A DNA stretch of 15,563 nt from a virus (lineage: Duplodnaviria; Heunggongvirae; Uroviricota; Caudoviricetes), in IMG/VR virus record IMGVR_UViG_2718217897_000008; one strand, written 5' to 3'. Positions 1 to 8,350 of the stretch are shown here, piece after piece. The notes under the pieces were generated by a model. The model ran no database searches. It worked only from the letters and a program-made list of their open reading frames with translations, and was not told where the DNA came from. The translations under genes and the position numbers were made by a program. Position 1 is the first letter of the stretch; the number at the start of each line of letters is the position of its first letter.

Positions 1-750
1 TCAGTCAATTGTTTTGTTTATTCCATCTGTGACGCCGATTATTTTCTCAAAATAATGAGATGGCGTGACACCATAATAATCTTTAAATGCACATATGAAA
101 TATGAAGTACTGTTATAGCCACATTTCTGGGCTACGACATTGATAGAATAAGAGTTTGAAGTTATGAGTTTTTTTGCATACCTCATCCTAGTATCTCTCA
201 ATATTTCAGTAAATGACGTTCCTTCATCCCTTAATCTTTTTTTTATTAAACTTTCACTCGTATAAATCAATTCCGCAATATCTTTTAAATGCCATTGCCG
301 CTCAATATTAAAACTGATTATTCCAGTAATTTTACAGGTAAATGTATTTATATTTGTTAGTATAAATGAATTTACACTTTCGCGTTTTTTGAACATGGCA
401 AGTAAGGATATACATAGTCTTTCTTTTAACCAAAGGGAGTGTGAGTCTGCTATTTTAATCCCTTCAAACAGAGAAAAAACAAGCGATAATGGAGGTTCCT
501 CTTCAGCAATATAGCCATTCTTATCAAGAGTAAATTTGCCAGGCAGCTCATTATTCACGTCGATAAAAAAGGATAAACATGTTTTCTTATCTATATCAAC
601 AATTCTTAGTTTAGAGGGGCATACTGGTAACTCCCTTCTAATTTTGTCGCTTACAATAAACAATGAATTTTTTTTGAACGAGATAACTCTCCTGTTTATA
701 ATTAAATCAAATGATTGACAGATGAAAACTACGGAGCAAACATAATCCAT
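1..750 (-). CDS. appY: AraC/XylS-family transcriptional regulator, 249 aa (AppY-like)
   Basis: 249-aa ORF with a C-terminal AraC-type helix-turn-helix region (translation ...[24 protein letters not shown]...); length and position at the prophage end match AppY as I recall it; long AT-rich upstream region 751-1320. Confidence 0.75.
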
Positions 751-1425
751 CTTGCACCTATCATAAAATTAAAACAAGTTGATAGCAGTCAAATAACAAC
801 CAATTAAATACACAATCATAATCAGGATGATGTGCATTTATATTTTTATACACAAAATTATAGTTTGCAAATTTTAATAAATTTCATTTAAGATTAAATT
901 ATTATATGTATATTGTTTTTTATTCTAACGTATTTCAAAGTTACATTTTTCAACGCTTACTATACTTTTTATTAACATAAACTCACTACAACGCACCTGA
1001 AACCTCTTGCTATATATATGTCAACCGTTTGAATTTAAAATAAAAAGAGTATCATTTTTACTTGCATTTCTTATCAAGTCACATTCAACAACAGTAAAAA
1101 AACATTATTAGAACCATTCAATTAACAAAAAACCAACATCCAGCTTGCTTAATTTTTCTTTATTAAACGACATTGAAAATCAATTGATAAAATACATCTA
1201 AACAACCTTTTGGGGCGCAAAAGCATAACATCAAACAAACAAATAACACACCGAAAAAACTCACAATTAATAACCTATGATATACATACTGTTTATTATG
1301 GTTGAATAAGCCACTCGATATCTGGTGCTACGGAAGTGTCCACACGGTTTAGCAGCACCCGATACTTTTTCCAGGCTTCCAGCAACGAGTTTTCTTCCTC
1401 CGTTGCATATACAGCTCACCTTTTT

Positions 1426-1719
1426 TCACCCACGATTAACCAACAGCCAGACCAGCAGACACGCCACCACCGGCACAGCAAAATCCATCAGGCTTGCCAC
1501 ATCCCATGCACGTGTATCAAAACCGCCCCACCACGGCATATTCATTCGCTTGCCATGCCCGAACATTTCGATCCAGCGATATTCTGCCTGGGTGTGTTCA
1601 CGCGCAATGAAGAACGTACAACCGGCTATCGCCCCGTAAGCCCAGTTCCCGGTAAAAAGACCAATCAGTAGCTGCGCAGCCACAGCACAAAGCGCATGAA
1701 GGAAAGGTGTTATATCCAT
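1426..1719 (-). CDS. hypothetical small integral membrane protein, 97 aa
   Basis: ATG at 1719 preceded by a strong Shine-Dalgarno (AAGGAGGAG on the coding strand, 1721-1729); hydrophobic N- and C-terminal segments (AVAAQLLIGLF..., FAVPVVACLLVWLLV); the two overlapping plus-strand ORFs are low-complexity and look antisense. Confidence 0.55.
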   Translation of the reverse strand: MDITPFLHALCAVAAQLLIGLFTGNWAYGAIAGCTFFIAREHTQAEYRWIEMFGHGKRMNMPWWGGFDTRAWDVASLMDFAVPVVACLLVWLLVNRG

Positions 1720-1764
1720 TACTCCTCCTTTATCCGATATCGCTTCGGGAAACGGATAACAACT

Positions 1765-1962
1765 TTAATTCTGACTCAAGTTTTCGTTCTCAATTTCAGC
1801 ATCCCTTTCGGCATACCATCTTATAACGGCGGCAGAGTCATAAAGCACCTCATTACCCTTGCCACCGCCTCGCAGAACGGGCATTCCCTGTTCCTGCCAG
1901 TTCTGAATGGTACGGATACTCGCACCGAAAATGTCAGCCAGCTGCTTTTTGTTGACTTCCAT
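1765..1962 (-). pseudogene. nohD: terminase small subunit Nu1 remnant, 65 aa (N-terminal DNA-binding domain only)
   Basis: Translation MEVNKKQLADIFGASIRTIQNWQEQGMPVLRGGGKGNEVLYDSAAVIRWYAERDAEIENE matches the lambda Nu1 N-terminus; it diverges after about residue 59 and stops at 65 aa, whereas Nu1 is 181 aa, and no terminase large subunit follows. Confidence 0.8.
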
Positions 1963-2200
1963 TGTTCATTCCACGGCCAAAAACAGAGAAAGGAAACGAC
2001 AGAGGCCCAAAAGCTCGTTTTCAGCACCTGTCGTTTCCTTTCTTTTCAGGGGGTATTTTAAATAAAAACATTAAGTTACGACGAAGAAGAACGGAAATGC
2101 CTTAAACCGGAAAATTTTCATAAATAGCGAAAACCCGCGAGGTCGCCGCCCCGTAACCTGTCGGATCGCCGGAAAGGACCCGCAAAATGATAATAATTAT
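1963..2200. other. lambda-type cos site: cosB R-sites at 1991-2002, 2029-2040 and about 2086-2100; cosN 12-nt cohesive-end sequence at 2140-2151; right-end side beyond
   Basis: Reverse complement of 2140-2151 is GGGCGGCGACCT, the lambda cohesive end; flanking sequence matches the lambda left and right ends as I recall them; perfect 12-bp inverted pair AGGAAACGACAG / CTGTCGTTTCCT between cosN and the Nu1 start. Confidence 0.8.
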
Positions 2201-2350
2201 CATCTACATGTCACAACGTGCATCTACGCCATCAAACCACGTCAAATAATCAATTATGACGCAGGTATCGTATTAATTGATCTGCATCAACTTAACGTAA
2301 AAACAACTTCAGACAATACAAATCAGCGACACTGAATACGGGGCAACCTC

Positions 2351-2545
2351 ATGTCAACTAAGAACAGAACCCGCAGAACAACAACCCGCAACATCCGCTT
2401 TCCTAACCAAATGATTGAACAAATTAACATCGCTCTTGAGCAAAAAGGGTCTGGGAATTTCTCAGCCTGGGTCATTGAAGCCTGCCGTCGGAGACTAACG
2501 TCAGAAAAGAGAGCATATACATCAATCCAGAGTGATGATGAATAA
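2351..2545 (+). CDS. ylcI: small ribbon-helix-helix-like DNA-binding protein, 64 aa (YlcI/DUF3950-like; homolog of the lambda right-end ORF)
   Basis: 64-aa ORF starting immediately after the lambda right-end homology; basic N-terminus followed by a predicted strand-helix-helix pattern (IRFPNQMIEQINIALEQKGSGNFSAWVIEACRRRL). Symbol is tentative. Confidence 0.55.
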   Translation: MSTKNRTRRTTTRNIRFPNQMIEQINIALEQKGSGNFSAWVIEACRRRLTSEKRAYTSIQSDDE

Positions 2546-2906
2546 ACATCCCGGTTTCTTCCACCATCGCACCGGAAAAGCGACTATGAGGGTAACCCTG
2601 CGTCTGTCAGCACAGTAAAACCCGGTGTGCATCGTTTTTGATTATTCCCGCACACTCACGCAGAAGGAATTCCCCGTCGGGCTACGGTCATGGTTAATGC
2701 GGGAATACGGCGACGATACAGCGCAGCTAAAAGGGTAATGGACAGAAAGAGCGGTTTATTTCATTCCACAGGATTCTGAGTGCCCCCCCCTCCTCCAATA
2801 GGCTGAGCATCCACCTATATAGTTTTAATTTTCATCAATCCATTTAACTATCGTTTAATTGTTGTCACATAGGATTCTGCCGTTTTTAACAATGCAGGAT
2901 AATAAG

Positions 2907-3200
2907 ATGAAAAAAATGTTGTTTTCTGCCGCTCTGGCAATGCTTATTACAGGATGTGCTCAACAGACGTTTACTGTTGGAAACAAACCGACAGCAGTAA
3001 CACCAAAGGAAACCATCACCCATCACTTCTTCGTTTCGGGAATTGGACAGGAGAAAACTGTTGATGCAGCCAAAATTTGTGGCGGCGCAGAAAATGTTGT
3101 TAAAACAGAAACCCAGCAAACATTCGTAAATGGATTGCTCGGTTTTATTACTTTAGGCATTTATACTCCGCTGGAAGCGCGTGTGTATTGCTCACAATAA
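2907..3200 (+). CDS. borD: Bor outer-membrane lipoprotein (serum resistance), 97 aa
   Basis: Translation MKKMLFSAALAMLITGC... with a lipobox (LITGC) and near-identity to lambda Bor as recalled; the ORF-track start at 2859 is an upstream extension, the homologous start is ATG at 2907. Confidence 0.85.
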   Translation: MKKMLFSAALAMLITGCAQQTFTVGNKPTAVTPKETITHHFFVSGIGQEKTVDAAKICGGAENVVKTETQQTFVNGLLGFITLGIYTPLEARVYCSQ

Positions 3201-3210
3201 TTGCATGAGT

Positions 3211-3228
3211 TGCCCATCGATATGGGCA
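3211..3228. terminator. inverted repeat between convergent bor and Rz (possible bidirectional terminator, no clear U-tract)
   Basis: TGCCCATCGATATGGGCA dyad in the 31-bp gap between the bor stop (3200) and the Rz stop (3232). Confidence 0.35.
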
Positions 3229-3231
3229 GCT

Positions 3232-3693
3232 CTATCTGCACTGCTCATTAATATACTTCTGGGTTCCTTCCAGTTGTTTTTGCATAGTGATCAGCCTCTC
3301 TCTGAGGGTGAAATAATCCCGTTCAGCGGTGTCTGCCAGTCGGGGGGAGGCTGCATTATCCACGCCGGAGGCGGTGGTGGCTTCACGCACTGACTGACAG
3401 ACTGCTTTGATGTGCAACCGACGACGACCAGCGGCAACATCATCACGCAGAGCATCATTTTCAGCTTTCGCATTAGCTAACTCCTTCGTGTATTTTTCAT
3501 CCAGTGCAGCAACATCACGCTGGCGCATCTGCATGTCAGTAATTGCCGCGTTCGCCAGCTTCAGTTCTCTGGCATTTTTGTCGCGCTGGGCTTTGTAGGT
3601 AATGGCGTTATCACGGTAATGATTAACAGCCCATGACAGGCAGACGATGATGCAGATAACCAGAGCGGAGATAATCGCGGTTACTCTGTTCAT
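3232..3693 (-). CDS. rzpD: Rz inner-membrane spanin (i-spanin), 153 aa
   Basis: Near-identity to lambda Rz ([44 protein letters not shown]...); N-terminal transmembrane segment; ATGA start/stop overlap with the upstream endolysin. Confidence 0.85.
   Translation of the reverse strand: MNRVTAIISALVICIIVCLSWAVNHYRDNAITYKAQRDKNARELKLANAAITDMQMRQRDVAALDEKYTKELANAKAENDALRDDVAAGRRRLHIKAVCQSVREATTASGVDNAASPRLADTAERDYFTLRERLITMQKQLEGTQKYINEQCR
3291..3473 (-). CDS. rzoD: Rz1 outer-membrane lipoprotein spanin (o-spanin), 60 aa, embedded in Rz in another frame
   Basis: Translation [24 protein letters not shown]...[16 protein letters not shown]: lipobox plus proline-rich region characteristic of Rz1, nested within Rz. 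Confidence 0.8.
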   Translation of the reverse strand: MRKLKMMLCVMMLPLVVVGCTSKQSVSQCVKPPPPPAWIMQPPPDWQTPLNGIISPSERG

Positions 3694-4187
3694 TGCTGAC
3701 CCCACAAACAGATTTCACGCTCAATCTCACGACGAGTCATGAGACCTTTCCATTGCTTACCGCCAGCATATGTCCAGCGACGTAGCTGATCACATGCGCC
3801 TTTGATATCGCCCTGGTTTATTTTGCGAAGAAGCGTCGATGTTCTGAAATTGCCAGCGCCCACGTTGTAAACGAACGAGTAAAGAGCGCCGCGCGTTGTT
3901 TCCGGTATATCAACTTTTATGTACGGGTTAATTTGTCTGGCGACCGTGGCAAGGTCTTTATTCAGGAGGGCTTTGCATTCTGCTTTGGTATACGTTTTAC
4001 CGAGCATGATGTCTTTTCCTGTATGCCCGTGACATACAGTCCATACACCAACAATATCTTTGTATGGTATGTAGCTGACACCTTCCAGACCATCGTTACC
4101 ACTTGGGCCAGTGATTAACACTGATGCTATAGCAATTGCTCCGCCACCAATAGCAGCAGCAACGGCTTTTCGTAATGATGGAGGCAT
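3690..4187 (-). CDS. rrrD: SAR endolysin (phage 21 R-type lysozyme), 165 aa
   Basis: Gly/Ala-rich signal-anchor-release N-terminus ([20 protein letters not shown]) followed by the E-x8-D-x5-T lysozyme catalytic triad spacing ([17 protein letters not shown]); one-nucleotide overlap with the holin stop. Confidence 0.85.
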   Translation of the reverse strand: MPPSLRKAVAAAIGGGAIAIASVLITGPSGNDGLEGVSYIPYKDIVGVWTVCHGHTGKDIMLGKTYTKAECKALLNKDLATVARQINPYIKVDIPETTRGALYSFVYNVGAGNFRTSTLLRKINQGDIKGACDQLRRWTYAGGKQWKGLMTRREIEREICLWGQQ

Positions 4188-4402
4188 TATTCACCTCTCG
4201 CAGCCTTGCGCTTATCTTCTTTAATCTTGAAATAAAGGTTTGTCAGGTACGTCAGCAGGCCAAATACCAGGCTACCCAGCACACCTATTGCTGCCCACTG
4301 TGAGGGCGTGACTTTATCGAGCAGCTGTAAAAACCAGTAACCGGCACTACCTGCTGAGGTGCCATAGGCGACACCCGTTGTTAACTTATCCATGGATTTC
4401 AT
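4187..4402 (-). CDS. essD: pinholin (S21-type class II holin), 71 aa, with dual-start motif
   Basis: Translation [28 protein letters not shown]...[36 protein letters not shown]: two transmembrane segments, Met1/Met4 dual start typical of holin/antiholin pairs, GAGGTGG Shine-Dalgarno upstream; the ORF-track start at 4447 is an upstream extension. Confidence 0.8.
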
Positions 4403-4990
4403 AACCCCACCTCGCAGACAAAGCGGGTGTAAATTGAGGGAATACAACGTATCGCAAAAAAGCAGAAACGTAACAGACTCGGAGTCAGTGAATAACTCAG
4501 GTATTGAGTTATCAGCTAATATCGAGACTCAAAAAATGGAAAAACCAGCTCGACGGCGGGTTTAAGCTGTGTGACGAAGTAACCACTCTTAACAGCATAA
4601 CCAATTTTTTACGTACGTAAACCACTGAATGATATTTATGAGAATGCTACCGAGTGTTCAAAACACCACCACAAATATATAAGAAAACCTCAACAAATAA
4701 CCAATAAATAATTTCCGGCGTTATTTTTAGTTGATTTAAATTAAACCACTGAATTATAGAACCCCCATAAATAACAGCCATTAATATAAATTAGCTAATA
4801 GGTTTATTTTTGTTCAAATAAGAGCCATAAATAGGTTTCGATAGAAAAAGTTCAGATAAAAATAGAGATCTACTTCACAAATTAAATGAGAAACTAAAAC
4901 TTACATCTTGAAATAATCACATTGATTAGATGAATATTTATCGCGCAGTGACATCATTTTTTAATAATAGTTCAAAAAAAAGGGCTCACG

Positions 4991-6073
4991 ATGAAAAAAT
5001 TAACAGTGGCAATTTCTGCTGTAGCTGCATCAGTACTGATGGCGATGTCTGCTCAGGCAGCTGAAATTTATAATAAAGACAGTAACAAGCTGGATCTGTA
5101 CGGGAAAGTTAATGCCAAGCACTACTTTTCCTCTAACGATGCAGATGATGGTGATACTACTTATGCCCGTCTTGGCTTCAAAGGTGAAACCCAAATCAAC
5201 GATCAACTGACTGGTTTCGGTCAGTGGGAATATGAATTCAAAGGCAACCGCGCTGAATCTCAAGGTTCCTCCAAAGACAAAACCCGTCTTGCATTTGCAG
5301 GCCTGAAATTCGGTGACTACGGCTCAATCGATTACGGCCGTAACTACGGTGTAACATACGACATCGGTGCGTGGACTGACGTTCTGCCAGAATTCGGTGG
5401 CGATACCTGGACCCAAACAGATGTGTTCATGACTGGTCGCACCACTGGTGTTGCAACCTATCGTAACAACGACTTCTTTGGTCTGGTCGATGGCCTGAAC
5501 TTTGCTGCTCAGTATCAGGGTAAAAATGACCGCACTGACGTAACTGAAGCCAATGGTGATGGTTTCGGTTTCTCCACTACTTATGAGTATGAAGGATTCG
5601 GCGTGGGTGCAACCTATGCTAAATCAGATCGCACTGACGGTCAGGTCGCCTATGGTAAGAGCAAATTCAATGCCTCCGGCAAAAATGCGGAAGTATGGGC
5701 TGCAGGCCTGAAATATGATGCGAACAATATCTATCTGGCTACCACATATTCTGAAACTCAGAATATGACCGTTTTTGGTAATAACCATATTGCAAACAAA
5801 GCACAAAACTTTGAAGCAGTAGCACAATATCAGTTTGACTTCGGTCTGCGACCATCTGTTGCTTACCTTCAGTCAAAAGGTAAAGACCTTGGTGTTCATG
5901 GTGACCGAGACTTAGTCAAGTATGTCGATGTCGGTGCTACTTACTACTTTAATAAAAACATGTCCACTTTTGTTGATTACAAAATCAACTTAATTGACGA
6001 TAGTAAGTTTACCAAAACAGCTGGTATTGATACCGACGACATCGTCGCTGTAGGTCTGGTGTATCAGTTCTAA
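4991..6073 (+). CDS. nmpC: general porin of the OmpC/OmpF/PhoE family (NmpC/OmpD-like), 360 aa, apparently intact
   Basis: Signal peptide [23 protein letters not shown] then AEIYNKD...; porin family blocks ([26 protein letters not shown], ends ...VAVGLVYQF with C-terminal Phe); no interruption. Confidence 0.85.
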   Translation: MKKLTVAISAVAASVLMAMSAQAAEIYNKDSNKLDLYGKVNAKHYFSSNDADDGDTTYARLGFKGETQINDQLTGFGQWEYEFKGNRAESQGSSKDKTRLAFAGLKFGDYGSIDYGRNYGVTYDIGAWTDVLPEFGGDTWTQTDVFMTGRTTGVATYRNNDFFGLVDGLNFAAQYQGKNDRTDVTEANGDGFGFSTTYEYEGFGVGATYAKSDRTDGQVAYGKSKFNASGKNAEVWAAGLKYDANNIYLATTYSETQNMTVFGNNHIANKAQNFEAVAQYQFDFGLRPSVAYLQSKGKDLGVHGDRDLVKYVDVGATYYFNKNMSTFVDYKINLIDDSKFTKTAGIDTDDIVAVGLVYQF

Positions 6074-6080
6074 TCTGATT

Positions 6081-6123
6081 ACGAAAAAGATATGTTGCGG
6101 GAGGCTTTGCCTCCCCAACATAT
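6081..6123 (-). terminator. rho-independent terminator on the minus strand (candidate tR' of the late operon)
   Basis: 15/16-bp stem (ATATGTTG(C)GGGAGGC / GCCTCCCCAACATAT) with a 3-nt loop, followed on the minus strand by a CTTTTTCGT U-tract. Confidence 0.5.
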
Positions 6124-6211
6124 AAGTGGCTCCCTCAAGCCACTTCCTTTAGAAGCACAACCTTGCTTCTAACTATATAAACCTTCTGTTATATATTACC
6201 CTTTATTTTTG

Positions 6212-6236
6212 GGGGCGTCTCAACGCCCCATTTTTA
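6212..6236 (+). terminator. rho-independent terminator on the plus strand (likely nmpC terminator)
   Basis: GGGGCGT-CTCA-ACGCCCC hairpin followed by ATTTTT(AATAATTTTT). Confidence 0.55.
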
Positions 6237-6262
6237 ATAATTTTTAGTAAACAATTGGCATA

Positions 6263-6646
6263 TTAATTAGAGTTATTAACAACGATATCCATCTCTAACC
6301 GGATATCTAATGCCATTAACATCCCTTCAATTATGCCCTCAGCCTTCTGTAACCTTTTCCCGATATAACCATCAGAGCAGCAATGCTTACCTGCCAGTGA
6401 CATGAATGTCATACCGACTACATAATAATCTACTAATAAATCATGCAAATCGCTGTTGTTCTTTTTCAGACGGGCCATGCACCCGCAAATGATCATCGCG
6501 TCATCGTCACAACATTGTGGGCGAGATTTTACTTTTGAAGGAATTAATCCCTTAAAACCGGCGGCAATGGACGACCAGGTCACATCTTCATGATTATTAG
6601 CCGCCCACGCTCCCCAACGCTCAAGAACCATCTGAATATCACGCAT
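6263..6646 (-). CDS. quuD: late-gene antiterminator Q, 127 aa
   Basis: Translation [31 protein letters not shown]... with Cys-rich zinc-binding region; GGAG Shine-Dalgarno before the ATG at 6646 (the ORF-track start at 6661 is 5 codons longer); sits at the end of the nin region ahead of the late promoter. Confidence 0.8.
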   Translation of the reverse strand: MRDIQMVLERWGAWAANNHEDVTWSSIAAGFKGLIPSKVKSRPQCCDDDAMIICGCMARLKKNNSDLHDLLVDYYVVGMTFMSLAGKHCCSDGYIGKRLQKAEGIIEGMLMALDIRLEMDIVVNNSN

Positions 6647-6731
6647 CAACTTACTCCACAAAACTCAGACCAGAACGCCAATTACAAGCAAAAATCAACA
6701 AAACAGTATTAGTTGATTGTTATCTCTGACT

Positions 6732-6869
6732 TCATACTCCTGCTCCTGTCAGTGTTTTGGCGTAATTCTTCAGTATTCGGTAATCGGTCAAAACAGAACC
6801 GGGGAAACGATATAAGCGCAGGCGCATCCAGCGGTGGCGAAGAAGTTCTGCCATATAAAACTCAAACAT
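6732..6869 (-). CDS. ylcG: small nin-region protein, 45 aa (YlcG-like)
   Basis: Hand translation [45 protein letters not shown]; start overlaps the rusA stop (TGATG), conserved position between rusA and Q. Confidence 0.6.
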   Translation of the reverse strand: MFEFYMAELLRHRWMRLRLYRFPGSVLTDYRILKNYAKTLTGAGV

Positions 6870-7231
6870 CATTCATCTCCCTGTTCAGTGATGGTCAGTT
6901 CCAGCTTTCCACCTTTGACAACCGGCATCTTCACAACGCGGTAATCAACGACCTGAGCATCATCCAGCCAGAAACCTGCTTTGGTGAGTGCGTCAAAAGC
7001 GGCCTTTTGTAGATTATCCAGGTCACGGCGACGGCGATCCGGCATGTGACACTCAATGCGGATTTTCACAGGCATAGCCAGGCCGATATCCAGCATTGCG
7101 TTTTTAATGATTCGGGCGACGTTTTCGCGGTATGCCTGCCCCTCTGCGCTGATGTGCGTGCGCCCGCGATTATGGCGGTAATAGCGATTATTGCTCGGCG
7201 GCCAGGGTAATGTGATATTGTAGGTATTCAC
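6869..7231 (-). CDS. rusA: RusA Holliday-junction resolvase, 120 aa
   Basis: Translation [39 protein letters not shown]... matches RusA as recalled; length 120 aa; overlaps the ybcO stop. Confidence 0.85.
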   Translation of the reverse strand: MNTYNITLPWPPSNNRYYRHNRGRTHISAEGQAYRENVARIIKNAMLDIGLAMPVKIRIECHMPDRRRRDLDNLQKAAFDALTKAGFWLDDAQVVDYRVVKMPVVKGGKLELTITEQGDE

Positions 7232-7518
7232 GCCTTAATTACCCCCTCTTTCAGCCAGATAACCTGCGTTCTCGCCATACCTTCCAGCGCGCATTCTTTT
7301 GCATATCCAGCGTCAACAAAATGCGTGCGACGGTCGATCTCGTCGTGACAGGCAGAACATGCAATGGTGGCAATCAGGTCTGGCGGTTTGATACCGGTAC
7401 CGCACAATCCAGCCAGCCGGATATGTGCCAGTACAGACGTTTCAGGATTGCCATTACATACGCCAGGGATTCTTACCTGGCATTCCCGACCACGCGCTGC
7501 TTTTCTCAAATCAGCCAT
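7228..7518 (-). CDS. ybcO: DUF1364-family protein (putative nuclease), 96 aa
   Basis: Translation [38 protein letters not shown]... with Cys/His cluster; start overlaps the ninE stop by 8 nt; the ORF-track start at 7557 is an upstream extension. Confidence 0.7.
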   Translation of the reverse strand: MADLRKAARGRECQVRIPGVCNGNPETSVLAHIRLAGLCGTGIKPPDLIATIACSACHDEIDRRTHFVDAGYAKECALEGMARTQVIWLKEGVIKA

Positions 7519-7681
7519 GATTCCTCCTTGCTGCCAGTCGCAACCATTTTTTATCAACCAGGCTGGCGGTATATCCGAGCAGTGTTGGTATTTCGGATGG
7601 TTTCAGCTCAGGCTTACGCTTACGACGATTTGGTACTTTGTAGATGTGTCCGTTCATGACACGAATAAGCGGTGTAGCCAT
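7511..7681 (-). CDS. ninE: NinE, 56 aa
   Basis: Hand translation [56 protein letters not shown] closely matches lambda NinE; TAATG overlap with the ybcN stop; absent from the ORF track because it is under 60 aa. Confidence 0.8.
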   Translation of the reverse strand: MATPLIRVMNGHIYKVPNRRKRKPELKPSEIPTLLGYTASLVDKKWLRLAARRNHG

Positions 7682-8136
7682 TACGCCTCCTGCTTATCAC
7701 GCAGCAGCTGGAACTCGCAGCTCTGCGGAATAGTCAGGTGGCAGCCAATATTCATCGCCCAGGCTTCAACCTTACACAGGAAGACATACATCTCTCCGGT
7801 ATCAAGGTCGGAGGTATGGCGTAACGACTGGATAGTGGTGATATCACCGGTTACGACATCAACCAGGTCTTTGGTTTCATAACCGAGATATGTGTGTTTG
7901 AGAGCATCTTTTACCCAAGCTGGAGTGGCGAACGTTTTACCCCTGCTGATGAGGTATTCACTGATTTCGCTGTACCACATGTGGCTGAGTGCATTCTGGG
8001 AAAGACTGCGTTTCTCACGCCACGGTTTAAGCACCATGCGAAAGCATTTGCCCTCCTCCAGATAAGGCTGGATCTGCCGACCGATAGCGGTGAAGTTGCC
8101 GCGATGTAATTTGATGCCGTCTTGTGAGAGGTTCAC
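7681..8136 (-). CDS. ybcN: NinB-family protein, 151 aa
   Basis: 151-aa ORF with a GTG start preceded by GGAGGTG; position directly upstream of ninE as for lambda ninB. Confidence 0.75.
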
Positions 8137-8234
8137 GCTTCACCTCCGCAGAGGTCAAACGCTAGATGCAAAGAATTGCAGGTGCATTTCTGCATCTGTG
8201 AAGGGAGAAGAGAGTTTGGATTGTATGTGCGCAT
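8133..8234 (-). CDS. ylcH: small protein, 33 aa (YlcH-like)
   Basis: Hand translation [33 protein letters not shown]; its stop overlaps the ybcN GTG start (GTGA). Confidence 0.5.
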
Positions 8235-8257
8235 AAACGTCCCCGTTTAGCGCAGAA

Positions 8258-8286
8258 GTCACCGGAGTTGTTCAGGCTCCGGTGAC
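8258..8286 (-). terminator. 10-bp perfect-stem hairpin between ybcM and ylcH (possible tR2-like nin-region terminator or attenuator; weak U-tract)
   Basis: GTCACCGGAG - 9 nt - CTCCGGTGAC, followed on the minus strand by UUCUGCGCU. Confidence 0.35.
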
Positions 8287-8350
8287 ATAATTATGCCGTG
8301 TTGATTTCCCAAAATCAAAATCGATAGAATTGCTCCTTCTTAAAACACTT

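Noticed and set aside
751-1320. Possible mobile element or rearranged DNA in the long AT-rich region upstream of appY
   Set aside because: No terminal inverted repeats, target-site duplication or transposase ORF; composition fits a long, probably H-NS-silenced, promoter region for the AraC-family regulator.
1325-1671. Plus-strand ORFs of 104 and 111 aa overlapping the 97-aa membrane protein gene
   Set aside because: Low-complexity Pro/Ser/Arg/His-rich translations typical of antisense frames; no RBS; the minus-strand ORF has a consensus Shine-Dalgarno and membrane-protein character.
1696-2061. Plus-strand 121-aa ORF and minus-strand 68-aa ORF (1821-2027) overlapping the Nu1 remnant and cosB
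   Set aside because: They run through the cos R-sites and antisense or out of frame to the recognisable Nu1 N-terminus; no independent support.
2859-2906. Upstream extension of bor (113-aa track ORF)
   Set aside because: Homology to lambda Bor and the signal peptide begin at the internal ATG at 2907; the extension is probably untranslated.
2886-4118. Short ORFs antisense to bor, Rz and the endolysin (2886-3119, 3181-3393, 3407-3598, 3933-4118)
   Set aside because: All lie opposite or out of frame to strongly recognisable lysis/bor genes and have no start-site support.
5030-5827. Minus-strand ORFs of 77 and 67 aa inside the porin gene
   Set aside because: Antisense to a clearly intact porin; no conserved features.
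6713-7882. Plus-strand ORFs (99, 112 and 172 aa) across ylcG, rusA, ybcO, ninE and ybcN
   Set aside because: Antisense to a tightly coupled, recognisable nin operon; translations are Ser/Arg/Pro/Trp-rich with no motifs. The 172-aa length is explained by GC-rich antisense sequence lacking stops.
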